A stretch of DNA of 64,000 nt, taken from positions 31,235 to 95,234 of the forward strand of contig JAQBRG010000002.1 of NCBI GenBank assembly GCA_028286615.1, given 5' to 3'. Made by a program: the position numbers and the translations under genes. Below the pieces are notes generated by a model that had not been told where the DNA came from, did not search any database, and saw only the letters and a list, made by a program, of their open reading frames with translations. Shown here one piece after another: positions 38,957 to 48,755 of the stretch (positions are counted from its first letter, which is position 1; the number at the start of each line of letters is the position of its first letter). The stretch is from Parcubacteria group bacterium. GTDB taxonomy: Bacteria; Patescibacteriota; Minisyncoccia; Phycocordibacterales; Phycocordibacteraceae.

Positions 38957-39070
38957 GGCTCGATTGTAGCATTTATAAGCGATATATAGATTTGATAGCG
39001 GAAAAGATATCCCCCAATCAAGATCTTGGCGACCTCTGTATACTGACCCCATATCCCTAGCAGTATTTTC

Positions 39071-39592
39071 ATGACCACCTCGCTCTACAACGTCACCATC
39101 CCCGTATTCATCAAAGGTCTTGAGAATATGGCTATTTTCTTCGACAAGACGCTTATACACGCGGAAAACAAGAAGTTTGATGTAAACACCCTATTAACAT
39201 CACGACTTTCGCCAGACCAATTCCCATTCGCAAAACAAATTCAGCTAGCCTCAGACGCGGCGAAAGCATTCCCAGCACGCCTGAAGGGAGAGGATCCAGT
39301 TTCAATGCCAGACACAGAAACCACAATTGAGGAACTCCGCGAACGTCTTTTGAAGACCGTGGCCGTTCTGAAGGAGATTAAGCCGGAGGATATTGATGGG
39401 AACGAAGACACCCAAGTACGTATTAAATGGTTCCCAGGAAAGTACATTACAGGCTTCTCATATGCCACTGAATATGCGCTTCCAAACTTCTTCTTCCACA
39501 TGACCACGGCATACGCGATCTTGCGTCATAATGGCGTAGATCTTGGGAAATCTGACTATCTTGGAGCTCTTTCTCTCGAAGACGACGCATAA
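39071..39592 (+). CDS. DUF1993-family protein (DinB/YfiT-like fold)
   Basis: 173 aa. MTTSLYNVTIPVFIKGLENM and FFFHMTTAYAILRHNGVDLGKSDYLG are typical of DUF1993. Confidence 0.5.
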   Translation: MTTSLYNVTIPVFIKGLENMAIFFDKTLIHAENKKFDVNTLLTSRLSPDQFPFAKQIQLASDAAKAFPARLKGEDPVSMPDTETTIEELRERLLKTVAVLKEIKPEDIDGNEDTQVRIKWFPGKYITGFSYATEYALPNFFFHMTTAYAILRHNGVDLGKSDYLGALSLEDDA

Positions 39593-39612
39593 ATGGTATA
39601 CTCGGATTATCT

Positions 39613-40566
39613 ATGGAAGTATCGACTGAATCAGCGGCAATTAAGGTTGTTGACCTAAAAAAGGCATACAAAGGCAAGGGTAAAGGGGACCCGTCAGTAG
39701 ACGCTCTCAAGGGGATTAATCTCACGATTGAAAAGGGAGAATTCTTCGCACTCCTAGGCCCTAACGGTGCTGGCAAGACCACACTCATCAGCATTCTCTC
39801 AAGTCTTATCGTTAAAACTTCAGGAGAGGCGTACATCAGCGGCCTGTCTCTAGACAAGAATGCGGACGAAGCAAAGGCACACATCGGTCTCGTGCCCCAG
39901 GAATTTAACTTCAATATCTTCGAGACCCCGCTCGATATTGTAGTTTCGCAGGCTGGGTACTACGGTATTCCTCGCAAGATAGCTATTGAACGAGCAGAAC
40001 CAGTTCTCACAGCACTTGGTCTATGGGACAAGCGCAACACGCAGTCCATGAAGCTCTCTGGAGGTATGAAGCGCCGTCTACTTATTGCTCGTGCACTAGT
40101 CCATCAGCCTAAAGTGCTTCTGCTCGACGAACCAACGGCTGGAGTTGATGTAGAGCTTCGTCGCGGCATGTGGGAATTCCTTAGGAAGCTAAACGAAGAA
40201 GGGACTACTATCGTTCTCACCACGCACTACCTTGAAGAAGCTGAGCAGCTTTGCCGCCGTGTAGCAATCATCAACAAGGGAGAGATTATAAAAGAGGGAA
40301 GCGTGAAGGAATTGCTCAAGCAATTGAACTTTGTAACGCTTGTACTTGATACGCAAGAAGCAATAATCCCAGCTCAGGTAGCACTGGTACGAGATATGCC
40401 CGTTAAGGTGGTGGATGATACAACGCTCGAACTGACCCTTAAGCCAGGCGAGACGGTGAACGATTACATTCGCCAGATGTCTAAGATCGGCGTTCATATC
40501 CTTAATATTCGCAACAACGGAAGTCGCCTTGAAGAGATATTCGTGAACCTTATCGAGAAGAATTAG
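39613..40566 (+). CDS. ABC transporter ATP-binding protein
   Basis: Walker A GPNGAGKTT, signature LSGGMKRRL, Walker B LLLDEPTAGVD. Confidence 0.9.
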   Translation: MEVSTESAAIKVVDLKKAYKGKGKGDPSVDALKGINLTIEKGEFFALLGPNGAGKTTLISILSSLIVKTSGEAYISGLSLDKNADEAKAHIGLVPQEFNFNIFETPLDIVVSQAGYYGIPRKIAIERAEPVLTALGLWDKRNTQSMKLSGGMKRRLLIARALVHQPKVLLLDEPTAGVDVELRRGMWEFLRKLNEEGTTIVLTTHYLEEAEQLCRRVAIINKGEIIKEGSVKELLKQLNFVTLVLDTQEAIIPAQVALVRDMPVKVVDDTTLELTLKPGETVNDYIRQMSKIGVHILNIRNNGSRLEEIFVNLIEKN

Positions 40567-40567
40567 T

Positions 40568-41341
40568 ATGAAAAACTCTCCCGCACTCATCGGATTCAAT
40601 ACCATGGCTCGCAAAGAGCTGGTGCGTATTTTCCGCATCTGGTCTCAGACGCTGCTCCCACCCGTTGTTACCACAACCCTCTACTTCGTTATCTTCGGTG
40701 CATTCATCGGCTCACAAGTCGCACCCATCGCAGGATATTCATATATGCAGTTCATCATGCCCGGACTCATTATGATGACGATTATTACGAGTGCGTACAT
40801 GAACACGGTCTCTACCTTCTACTTCACGAAGTGGCAGAACACCATTGATGAGCTTCTTGTCTCACCTATGCCTCGCTGGTCTATTATTGCTGGCTATATT
40901 TTCGGAGGCGTGGCTCGCGCGATGATCGTGGGTGTGTTGGTGCTCATTGTTTCGCTCTTCTTCACACACCTACATGTGGCGAACCCGTTCATTATCTTCG
41001 CTGCAGCCTTTATGACAGCTCTCCTGTTCTCTCTAGCGGGTCTGGTGAACGGTATCTTCGCGAAGACCTTTGATGCGATTTCCATCGTGCCAACCTTTGT
41101 ACTTACACCGCTTACATACCTAGGGGGAGTCTTCTACTCAGTCTCGATGCTTCCTCCTATATTCCAGACCATCTCGTTCTTTAACCCTATTCTTTATATG
41201 GTTAATGCATTTAGATATGGATTCCTAGGTATATCAGATGTAAGTGTAGGACTATCGTTTGCGATTATGGGAGGAATATCAGTGGTACTTCTTGTACTAT
41301 CGCTCTGGCTCTTTAAGAGAGGTGTTGGCTTAAAGAATTAA
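40568..41341 (+). CDS. ABC-2 type transporter permease
   Basis: 257 aa with six TM helices. Starts 2 nt after the ATPase stop. Confidence 0.8.
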   Translation: MKNSPALIGFNTMARKELVRIFRIWSQTLLPPVVTTTLYFVIFGAFIGSQVAPIAGYSYMQFIMPGLIMMTIITSAYMNTVSTFYFTKWQNTIDELLVSPMPRWSIIAGYIFGGVARAMIVGVLVLIVSLFFTHLHVANPFIIFAAAFMTALLFSLAGLVNGIFAKTFDAISIVPTFVLTPLTYLGGVFYSVSMLPPIFQTISFFNPILYMVNAFRYGFLGISDVSVGLSFAIMGGISVVLLVLSLWLFKRGVGLKN

Positions 41342-41416
41342 GTGAAAACTTCACAGGGAATCTACGAAGTGATATATTTTTAGTGCCGGCGTTGCCGGAA
41401 TGAGAAGGGGGTTAGG

Positions 41417-41565
41417 TGCCCAATACGGGTGTCCGGGCCCCTTTCGCCCTATCTAGCAAGGTTGGTTTGAAAACCAATAATGTTAAGATAATTTTACGCA
41501 TATCTACTTGGGTATGTGATAGATGGAAAGGAGTCTGTGCCCATTATGGGTGTCAGGGTCCTTTT
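41417..41565. repeat. Two imperfect direct repeats (about 30 nt, 25/30 identical) about 120 nt apart in a convergent intergenic region
   Basis: Copy A is gtgcccaatacgggtgtccgggcccctttc (41417-41446). Copy B is gtgcccattatgggtgtcagggtccttttc (41537-41565). Each carries a ccc-N5-ggg mini-hairpin. Confidence 0.4.
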
Positions 41566-42272
41566 CTTTTTTGCACATTGTCAGGATTATCTAACTTATA
41601 AATAGAGACGTATTCTAGACTACAGTCGTGTGTCGTATCTACCAGTACATCTTTTGCCAACTTTCCTAAATAGTCAGCAAACTGAACAAAATCGGAATAA
41701 TCAGAATCTACCTGGGTAATATGTGAAAGTGACGGCAGATAGGATTTTTTTCTAAGATAATCTTTCAAGTTTTGCTCGTCCCTTTCATTTAACAGAAATC
41801 TGTCGAAGACAACTTCTATTTCTAGCCCTTTAGAAAATAATCCAGCATTATTCCTAGGCAAAATATCTTTCAAGAAGGTCTCCAGAGACCTTCTAATAAG
41901 AAAATTACTAAACCTCTTCGGGTTATGGCTAAACTTTTCATTACCCACTTCTAAATATGGGCCAGTATAGTTCTTCTTTGTTATGTGAAATATTCCTAAT
42001 TCGATACCTGGATTCTCGCTACATATTTCAAATAACTCACATAATTTCTTTTTGAATTTTGGAGTGATATATCGTTTTAGTTCTTTCCCCGCATCCTGAA
42101 AATAGCGGAAGCGAGAAAGGTGCTGCGAGATAACCTTTAGACTGCTGCGCGTAACAGCAACTATGTTCAATTGGTAGAAAGTACTGCTGTCGGGAGATTC
42201 CAAAGAACCCGGGTCTCCGCTTTCGTCTATGAAAAGGAATATTCGTTCTGGATTCTCTGGGTCTATATACAC
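41553..42272 (-). CDS. DUF3800-family protein
   Basis: N-terminal ERIFLFIDESGDPGS is the DUF3800 hallmark. Length is 239 aa. Confidence 0.6.
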   Translation of the reverse strand: MYIDPENPERIFLFIDESGDPGSLESPDSSTFYQLNIVAVTRSSLKVISQHLSRFRYFQDAGKELKRYITPKFKKKLCELFEICSENPGIELGIFHITKKNYTGPYLEVGNEKFSHNPKRFSNFLIRRSLETFLKDILPRNNAGLFSKGLEIEVVFDRFLLNERDEQNLKDYLRKKSYLPSLSHITQVDSDYSDFVQFADYLGKLAKDVLVDTTHDCSLEYVSIYKLDNPDNVQKRKGP

Positions 42273-42313
42273 GCGAGAAGTATACAGAAGAGAGATATGA
42301 GAAAAATGAAACG

Positions 42314-42356
42314 CGGCCGAGGCGTATATCTTCTTTGAAGATATACGCCTCGGCCG
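42314..42356. other. 20-bp perfect inverted repeat (stem-loop), probable terminator of the kinase/regulator operon on the minus strand
   Basis: cggccgaggcgtatatcttc-ttt-gaagatatacgcctcggccg. On the minus strand it is followed by a T-rich tract (tttcatttttctc). Confidence 0.45.
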
Positions 42357-42551
42357 ACTATCCGTGTCTCCGTATCATAGGCGCAGTGTGTTAGCGCTTG
42401 TAACGGTTAATGTCTCCATCGAGGTAGCATGCACCAAGACGGAATTGAAAGAGCAGATGAGGCGCAGTTAGTCAGAAGTGCGCATGATGCGCGAGCCGCG
42501 GCGATGCCTCGTGCAAGTAGTATGCACAAGTGTATATGAGTAAAAGATGAA

Positions 42552-43673
42552 CTAGGTAAAGTCTACAGAAACTTCGTTCATGCTGTCCGGACCTTCTTGC
42601 TCGTCAACACTCGGAGTCTCAGTTTTTACCCCAGGAAGCATTACTTTAATAGCTGTACCACGACCTAAAGCACTACGGATGTTAACAGTGCCGTGGTGCA
42701 TGCGTATGATCTCATTCACGATAGCGAGGCCAAGGCCCGAACTTCCAGTACCAATATTGCGTGCACGAGACGTATCGCCTCTATAGAACGGTTCAAATAT
42801 GTGAAAAAGATCCTTCTGGGCTATACCAATACCTGTGTCTGAGACAGTTACTGAAACGGCGCCGTCATCATTCCCGGATACGATAATCTCAACCTTTCCA
42901 TTGCTATCTGCCGGAGTGTAGTTAAGAGCATTCTTGGTTAGGTTAGTTACAACCTGCTCAAGTGCCGTTATGTTCCCGACAATAGGTTTGTGCGGCTCTA
43001 TAGTCGTTACGAGCTCAATGCCGCGGGAGTTTGCCATAGCTTGGTGACGCGCTGCAATAGTGGTGGCAACTGCCCCCATATCAACCGGCTCCATCTTTAA
43101 GTTCCGAGGTCTTGTGAGTGTGTCGAAGGTAAGGATGTTGTTAATAATCTCGGAGATACGATCGAGCTCCTCGATGGTGTCTTCGAAGGTTTGTTTTATA
43201 TATAGAGGCAAAGTCTGGTCGAACAGGGCAACTTCCGTATTGGTCTTGATAATCGCAAGCGGCGTACGTATTTCATGCGCAACGTTTCCGATGAATTGTT
43301 TCTGGGCACCGAGCGAGTTACGGGTTGGCCACAACGCAAAGCGGCCAAGCACGAAACCAAACGCTGTAATCACAAGCGCGATCAAGACAAAGAAATACCA
43401 GAAGGAACTGAAACCTACCCGTTCAATAGCATCAGGAAGCGATTCAACTGTTGTTCCTGTCAGTGCCCGTTCCTGAGCACGTTCTCCCAAGACAGTTATG
43501 GTCTTGTCTTGGGCGTACTGAATGCTCCACCCAAAGACAACCAGCATGGCTATGGCCAGCAGGAATGTAAGAACCGCGATATGTGTAGCGGCCCGAAAGA
43601 ATAGATTAGCCTTGTACCTATGAATTAAGGCGGTAGCCCACGCCACGTACTGTCTCAAATAGGGGATTGTCAT
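42552..43673 (-). CDS. Sensor histidine kinase
   Basis: Two TM helices, H-box VAHEIRTPL, N-box NLTKNALNYT, G-box GTGSSGLGLAIV. The annotated start overlaps the regulator by 56 nt, so the true start may be internal. Confidence 0.85.
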   Translation of the reverse strand: MTIPYLRQYVAWATALIHRYKANLFFRAATHIAVLTFLLAIAMLVVFGWSIQYAQDKTITVLGERAQERALTGTTVESLPDAIERVGFSSFWYFFVLIALVITAFGFVLGRFALWPTRNSLGAQKQFIGNVAHEIRTPLAIIKTNTEVALFDQTLPLYIKQTFEDTIEELDRISEIINNILTFDTLTRPRNLKMEPVDMGAVATTIAARHQAMANSRGIELVTTIEPHKPIVGNITALEQVVTNLTKNALNYTPADSNGKVEIIVSGNDDGAVSVTVSDTGIGIAQKDLFHIFEPFYRGDTSRARNIGTGSSGLGLAIVNEIIRMHHGTVNIRSALGRGTAIKVMLPGVKTETPSVDEQEGPDSMNEVSVDFT

Positions 43674-44292
43674 TGTAGGTATCGAGCTTCTTACGAAGGT
43701 TCTTCATATGTACATCAAGTACATTACTAAAGCCAGGGAAGTCGAAGCTCCACACATGATCCATAATACTCTCTCGAGACATGGCTTCGCCAGGGTGGCG
43801 GAGGAAGAATTCAAGAAGAGAATACTCCTTAAGGGTTAGCTGGAGCTCCTCTCCTGCTTTCGTAACAACTCGCCTAGAAGGGTCAAGGACGATATCGCGC
43901 ACCTCAAGCTTAGTTGAGATGGACTGCTCAGGACGACGAAGCACCGCGTTAATGCGTGCTACAAGCTCGTCAAAGGAGAATGGCTTCGCGAGGTAGTCGT
44001 CAGCGCCGCAGTTAAGAAGCTCAACTTTGTACTCCGTTTCGTCTCGAGCGGTAAGGATGATAATCGGAGTCTTAACTCCTTCAGCACGGGCATCTCGCGT
44101 GATGGTGGCCCCATCTACGCCAGGGAGCATAAGATCTAGGAGAATAAGATCGTACTCGTCGCGATAGAGGAGAATGCGCGTTCGAGCCTTGTCGCTCTCT
44201 GCTATCCAGTCCACCGCGAAGCCCTTGGATTCAAGTCCTCGCTTTAAGCCTTCAGCAAGCTTGACCTCATCTTCAACAATTAGGATACGCAT
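43618..44292 (-). CDS. OmpR-family response regulator
   Basis: Receiver MRILIVEDEVKLAEGL with phospho-acceptor region ILLDLMLPG. Winged-helix C-terminus (ETVRGVGYRL). Confidence 0.9.
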   Translation of the reverse strand: MRILIVEDEVKLAEGLKRGLESKGFAVDWIAESDKARTRILLYRDEYDLILLDLMLPGVDGATITRDARAEGVKTPIIILTARDETEYKVELLNCGADDYLAKPFSFDELVARINAVLRRPEQSISTKLEVRDIVLDPSRRVVTKAGEELQLTLKEYSLLEFFLRHPGEAMSRESIMDHVWSFDFPGFSNVLDVHMKNLRKKLDTYNDNPLFETVRGVGYRLNS

Positions 44293-44390
44293 AAATAAAG
44301 GTAGTTAGATGTAACAGTCTATACTAAAGCCTATCCTGGATGAAGCCTTCATGAAGGATATGTAACGAATCTATAAGGTAAAATACACCC

Positions 44391-44924
44391 ATGAACCCTA
44401 GTGACAATACGACAACTGGTTTCCATCTTTTCCTGATGCCTTCAGGGGAACTTAAAGAGACTCTTTCCGGAGTTATTAAGACGTTGGCAGAGAGATACCA
44501 GGGAGTGCTTTTTGAGCCACACGTAACGCTGATGAAAATACCCGAAGGGAACGAAGAGCAGGTGATATCTCTTGCACAGAGTTTTGCACAAAACAGCACG
44601 CCTATAACACTTTCTCTAGAAGACATGGGTATGGAAGAGACATTCTTCCGTGCTCTATACTTGAAAGTTAATCCGAACGAAGCCCTCGAAGCATTGCATG
44701 CTAGAGCAGCGAATGTATTCGGACTTAACGACGCTGGTGCCTTTACTCCGCACCTAAGTCTCTTCTATGGAAACGTACCAGAAGATCTTAAAAGGGAAAT
44801 GGTGTCCTCACTAACCCTTCCATTACCTCTCACCTTTATTGCAGAATCTTTACACGTATACAAAACAGGAGGCACTACAGAACAATGGGAACAGATTGCG
44901 GAATATCCGTTCCCTAAGTCTTAG
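44391..44924 (+). CDS. 2H phosphoesterase superfamily protein (LigT / cyclic phosphodiesterase-like)
   Basis: Two H-x-T/S-x motifs: PHVTLM and PHLSLF. Confidence 0.6.
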   Translation: MNPSDNTTTGFHLFLMPSGELKETLSGVIKTLAERYQGVLFEPHVTLMKIPEGNEEQVISLAQSFAQNSTPITLSLEDMGMEETFFRALYLKVNPNEALEALHARAANVFGLNDAGAFTPHLSLFYGNVPEDLKREMVSSLTLPLPLTFIAESLHVYKTGGTTEQWEQIAEYPFPKS

Positions 44925-45670
44925 TCCTGAGAGATTAGGTTTTTAACAAACTCCTCAGTATCTTCGGGCCCTGCTACGGCATGAGTTGGAATACCCGTTT
45001 CTTTTACAACCTCATCGTTTCCGTTAGGACCGAGCTCGTCTCCTATATAAAGCATTTCTGAAATTGGTACGTTGAGATGCTCGCTCAGTTTGCGTACTCC
45101 AAACGCCTTGTTGATACCATGCTTTGTTATGTCTATGGTTGTGGCACCTCCGCGCTTAACGTCGAAGTCTGGAAGCTGTGCAGATATTATTTCCCGAAGA
45201 GCATTTCGTTTCTCCCCGCTTGGATCCCATGCTTCTTTTTCCTCAACTGGTGCTTGCTGTCCAAGGGCGGATAGTGCAACCTGTGCCCCGCGGTTCTCAA
45301 TACGAGGTCCATGAGAAGGAATGCTTTGGTCAATAATATACGTTTCTTTCAAGACCTTCTCTAGCACCTCTTCAATCTTCGCTTCTTCTTGAGCACTAAG
45401 CCTTTCTTCGTATACAAGTGTCCATGCGTCGCGGTATTCGTGCAGTGCGGCGCCCGATGTGGGCATGAGATACAGCTTGTGCAAATCGGTGTCTTTAGGC
45501 AGCTGGTCAACAACTTGTTTCAAAAACTGCTCTAGTTTTCCTCCAGATATAATCCCAACACTCGTATGCGAAAGAAGCTCCTTCAGACTGCTCGCCATTG
45601 ATGGCGTAATTTCAGACTTGCTTCGTGCAAGTGTTCTGTCTATGTCGAACATAACAACGCGAGGAATCAT
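44921..45670 (-). CDS. HAD-IIB phosphatase/mutase resembling eukaryotic-type phosphomannomutase (PMM)
   Basis: VVMFDIDRTLARSKSEITPSMASSLKELLSHTSVGIISGGKLEQFLKQV aligns with the PMM2 N-terminus (LFDVDGTLTAPRQKITKEM...IGVVGGSDFEKVQEQL). C-terminal YIGDELGPNGNDEVV...AVAGPEDT aligns with FFGDKTMPGGNDHEI...TAPEDT. Confidence 0.65.
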   Translation of the reverse strand: MIPRVVMFDIDRTLARSKSEITPSMASSLKELLSHTSVGIISGGKLEQFLKQVVDQLPKDTDLHKLYLMPTSGAALHEYRDAWTLVYEERLSAQEEAKIEEVLEKVLKETYIIDQSIPSHGPRIENRGAQVALSALGQQAPVEEKEAWDPSGEKRNALREIISAQLPDFDVKRGGATTIDITKHGINKAFGVRKLSEHLNVPISEMLYIGDELGPNGNDEVVKETGIPTHAVAGPEDTEEFVKNLISQD

Positions 45671-47589
45671 AGATTGGGAAGTAGTTTCTTCATAAGCTTC
45701 TCCTTTGAAAGGGTGGCAACACCAAGAGAAGTATCCGCGCCTCCGTAATAGATATAGAGCGTATCGTCTCTAAGCACGATACCGCACGAAAAGACCACAT
45801 TCGGCACCATGCCCTCACGTTCCCAAGGGAGTACTGGCTCAAGTATTGGAGCAACGGTTCTTGCGATAACGGTAGTACCCGCCTCGTCCAGAAGTGCAGC
45901 ACCTAAGCGGTATTCGTGGTCTCCACCCACACCATGGTAAATAAAGAGCCAGCCTTCAGGAACTTTAATAGGTTGTGATGCAGCACCGACTTTAATGGCG
46001 TCCCACATTCCTGGTCGTGGGCCCATAAGCTCGATACAGCGGTTCGTCTCTCGGTTAGGGGGTAGTGTATCAAGTTCGTCGAGACAGATGTCTGGATCAA
46101 TGCGATGCATAAACAGGAACTTGCCAGCAACTGGCTCAGGGAATATCGCAATGTCTTTGTTGTTCATGCCCGCTGGAGTAACAAGCAAAGGGGTACTCCA
46201 CGCATCAAAACGTTTTGCGACAAAGTCTTCTACTGAAATACTGCTGTACGCACCACGTGTCTCATGCTCTCCATCGTATGCGGTGTAGCAAAGATGCACT
46301 CGATTCTCAAACACAATTGCTCTCGGATCTTCGCAGCCAGAGTTGCCATCTGGCTTCCCGTGCTTCTTCTCAAAGTCTTCTCGAGGAGCGTATGCTGGAA
46401 CATCTGAACGTTCATCCACATGCAGGCCGTCTGCAAGACGCGCATAACCCATAACCGAAGTGTTCTCTGCACCCATGGCTCGATACAGAAGATGTACAGA
46501 ACCTTCTACATCAATTGCTGCTGCGTTACATACTGAACGGGTCTCCCAAGCATTTTGTGTAGGGGAAAGTATAGGATTGCCCTCGAAACGAGTTGCGAAA
46601 GCAGCGCGGCCCTCTGGGGTCATGGTCTCAAGAAGATCTGAGAGCGAGAGAGTAGCAAGGGCTGAAGAGGTATCTGCAGCTCCGTAGTAGACAGAAAGAA
46701 TATCGCCCTCAATAACCGCGCTAGTGGGGAAGACTATGTTGCTAACAAGCCCGTACCGCTCGTATGACTCCTCGGGCACCATGAAAGGATAGCTAGTGCA
46801 GCCAATAATCTTTTGAGGATCATTTGCGTCAAGAAGAAGTGCCTCAACGCCAAAGAGACGTTTGTGCTCGTCGTAGTAATTCTGAATGTGAGAATAAATA
46901 AGAAGCCAGCCTTGAGGAATGCGTACCGGGGTTGCAGCAATCTCCATGTGCTCTGTATCAGAACGACGCACATCAGGAAGCGCGTGCTCAGCGAGGTTCT
47001 CGTGCCATTCTTTCCAGAATTCTGGATTCCAGAAGTCCTCAACCTGCTTTGCGCGAGCGATACCAATAGTTGGATGAGAATTAGCTTCAGTCCAATCGGT
47101 ATGCGCAGTTAACAACAGTACAACCTCTCCATTTATACGTTCAGGGAAAAGCGTGGCAGCTTTTGCATTAAAAGGCGTAACAAGATGCTTCTCAGTTAGA
47201 GTCGTGGGGCTGTCGCCAACAGCTACCGCAACTTTGATATTGTCGGGACCAAAAGGGTAACCTCCGAGGGCGGTGTAGAACACATACCATTTTCCTTCGA
47301 AGTACGTAGCTCGGGGATCTTCGCAACCATAGTGTTCCCATTCTTCAGTTGGAGATATAACCTGCTGGGACTCATCGAATACTGCCGTCTTGGTCGCTGC
47401 ATACCCAACAGTTGAAAAGGCTCGCCCTGGAGTCCGAATGGCATCTGGTTCCGCATGAGCTCTGTAGAACACGTGTCGCGTACCATCTTTGACAACAACT
47501 GAAGGATTGAATGCGCCAACAGCCTCAAATGCACGCCCACTGTTTGGAGCGATTATAGGATTCTCTGGTGAGCGTTTAACAACAAGCAT
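45667..47589 (-). CDS. Glycoside hydrolase family 130 (mannoside phosphorylase-like), tandem duplicated GH130 domains
   Basis: Two copies of GH130 signatures (FNPSVVVKDG...HVFYRA; YGCEDPRATYFEGKWYVFYTA; GCEDPRAIVFENRVHLCYTAY; EGWLFIYHGVG). Confidence 0.8.
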   Translation of the reverse strand: MLVVKRSPENPIIAPNSGRAFEAVGAFNPSVVVKDGTRHVFYRAHAEPDAIRTPGRAFSTVGYAATKTAVFDESQQVISPTEEWEHYGCEDPRATYFEGKWYVFYTALGGYPFGPDNIKVAVAVGDSPTTLTEKHLVTPFNAKAATLFPERINGEVVLLLTAHTDWTEANSHPTIGIARAKQVEDFWNPEFWKEWHENLAEHALPDVRRSDTEHMEIAATPVRIPQGWLLIYSHIQNYYDEHKRLFGVEALLLDANDPQKIIGCTSYPFMVPEESYERYGLVSNIVFPTSAVIEGDILSVYYGAADTSSALATLSLSDLLETMTPEGRAAFATRFEGNPILSPTQNAWETRSVCNAAAIDVEGSVHLLYRAMGAENTSVMGYARLADGLHVDERSDVPAYAPREDFEKKHGKPDGNSGCEDPRAIVFENRVHLCYTAYDGEHETRGAYSSISVEDFVAKRFDAWSTPLLVTPAGMNNKDIAIFPEPVAGKFLFMHRIDPDICLDELDTLPPNRETNRCIELMGPRPGMWDAIKVGAASQPIKVPEGWLFIYHGVGGDHEYRLGAALLDEAGTTVIARTVAPILEPVLPWEREGMVPNVVFSCGIVLRDDTLYIYYGGADTSLGVATLSKEKLMKKLLPNL

Positions 47590-47592
47590 GAA

Positions 47593-48753
47593 TTAGACAG
47601 TAGTGAGTAGTGGCGCTTGGTTGTGCAAGATGGAATCAATAAAGGAAGAAAGCTTAGCTCCTGCTGTACAGACTACCGAATCACCTCCGCCATAATACAC
47701 CTGAAGAGTGTCGTTCTGGATAGTAGCGCCGCAGGCATATACCACGCCTGGCTTACCCTCATTCTCGTAGTCTTCAACTGGCTCAAGTATGGGTCGAGGA
47801 GAACGAGCCAAGACCTTTGTTGGATCGTCTAGATCAAGAAGCATAGCCCCCATCTTATATTTGTGAGGCTGGCCCTTTTCCATGGCGTGATACAGAAGGA
47901 GCCACCCCCTATCAGTTCGCATGGGAGGGGGTCCTGCACCGCGCACTCGATCATGCCAGACTCCAGAGGACTCGTCTGCTGTGTCTGAACGAGCTCCTTC
48001 GTAACTTGATATGAAGGGCTTTGTCTTTCCAACATTATCCAACTCATCTACGTACTCAATTTCAACTTTCGGAAAGATGCTGTGTAGTATTGCGAATTTT
48101 CCATGTATCTTCTCTGGGAAAAGCATCCAGTTCTTATGTACTTGGTTAGGAGCAGAAAGGAATACTGGCTTAGTCCAGTTCCACTTTTTCTTCGCTAACT
48201 CATCTGCAAGAATTGAAGTAACCGCCATGCGCAAAGATTGCCAGTTATGAAAGGCAGAGAACGTGAGATATACACGGTCTTCAATCTGTACTGCACGCGG
48301 ATCTTCACACCCGCCCCAACTTCCTCCTGAAGCTACCAAGTTTGGGTAAGTCTTTTCGATATACGCGCGGTCCGTTGGGCGAAGAGCATCCTGGCCATCA
48401 AGAGAAAAGACCGGGTAGGGAAGTCGATCGTCTACAACTACTCCATCTTTTGATGTGGCATGACCTATGCGAGACACTCCATCTTTTCCAATTGCTCGAT
48501 AGAAAAGATGCGTAAGTCCATTTACGATAACTGCCCCAGGATTCATAACTCCCGCTGCCTCCCACTCGTGAGAAGTTGGAGAAAGGATAGGATTTCCTTT
48601 TGCGCGATTTAGTCGAAGGACTTCAAGAGCGACTCTGAATCCTTTCTCTACGCGCTCTATCCACAAGAACTGCCATATCCCGTACAGGAAGAGAATGGTG
48701 GTTACGCTTGCCGCGATTATCGCTGGAATAATAACTAGGAAGTCGCTATCCAT
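47593..48753 (-). CDS. Glycoside hydrolase family 130 protein with N-terminal transmembrane anchor
   Basis: TM helix VIIPAIIAASVTTILFLYGIWQFLWI. GH130 motifs MNPGAVIVNG...HLFYRAIG, GGCEDPRAVQIEDRVYLTFSAF, RGWLLLYHAM. Confidence 0.8.
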   Translation of the reverse strand: MDSDFLVIIPAIIAASVTTILFLYGIWQFLWIERVEKGFRVALEVLRLNRAKGNPILSPTSHEWEAAGVMNPGAVIVNGLTHLFYRAIGKDGVSRIGHATSKDGVVVDDRLPYPVFSLDGQDALRPTDRAYIEKTYPNLVASGGSWGGCEDPRAVQIEDRVYLTFSAFHNWQSLRMAVTSILADELAKKKWNWTKPVFLSAPNQVHKNWMLFPEKIHGKFAILHSIFPKVEIEYVDELDNVGKTKPFISSYEGARSDTADESSGVWHDRVRGAGPPPMRTDRGWLLLYHAMEKGQPHKYKMGAMLLDLDDPTKVLARSPRPILEPVEDYENEGKPGVVYACGATIQNDTLQVYYGGGDSVVCTAGAKLSSFIDSILHNQAPLLTTV

Positions 48754-48755
48754 AG

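Noticed and set aside
41417-41565. Possible CRISPR mini-array
   Set aside because: Only two repeat copies, 83% identical, separated by about 90 nt, with no cas genes nearby. This is not consistent with CRISPR.
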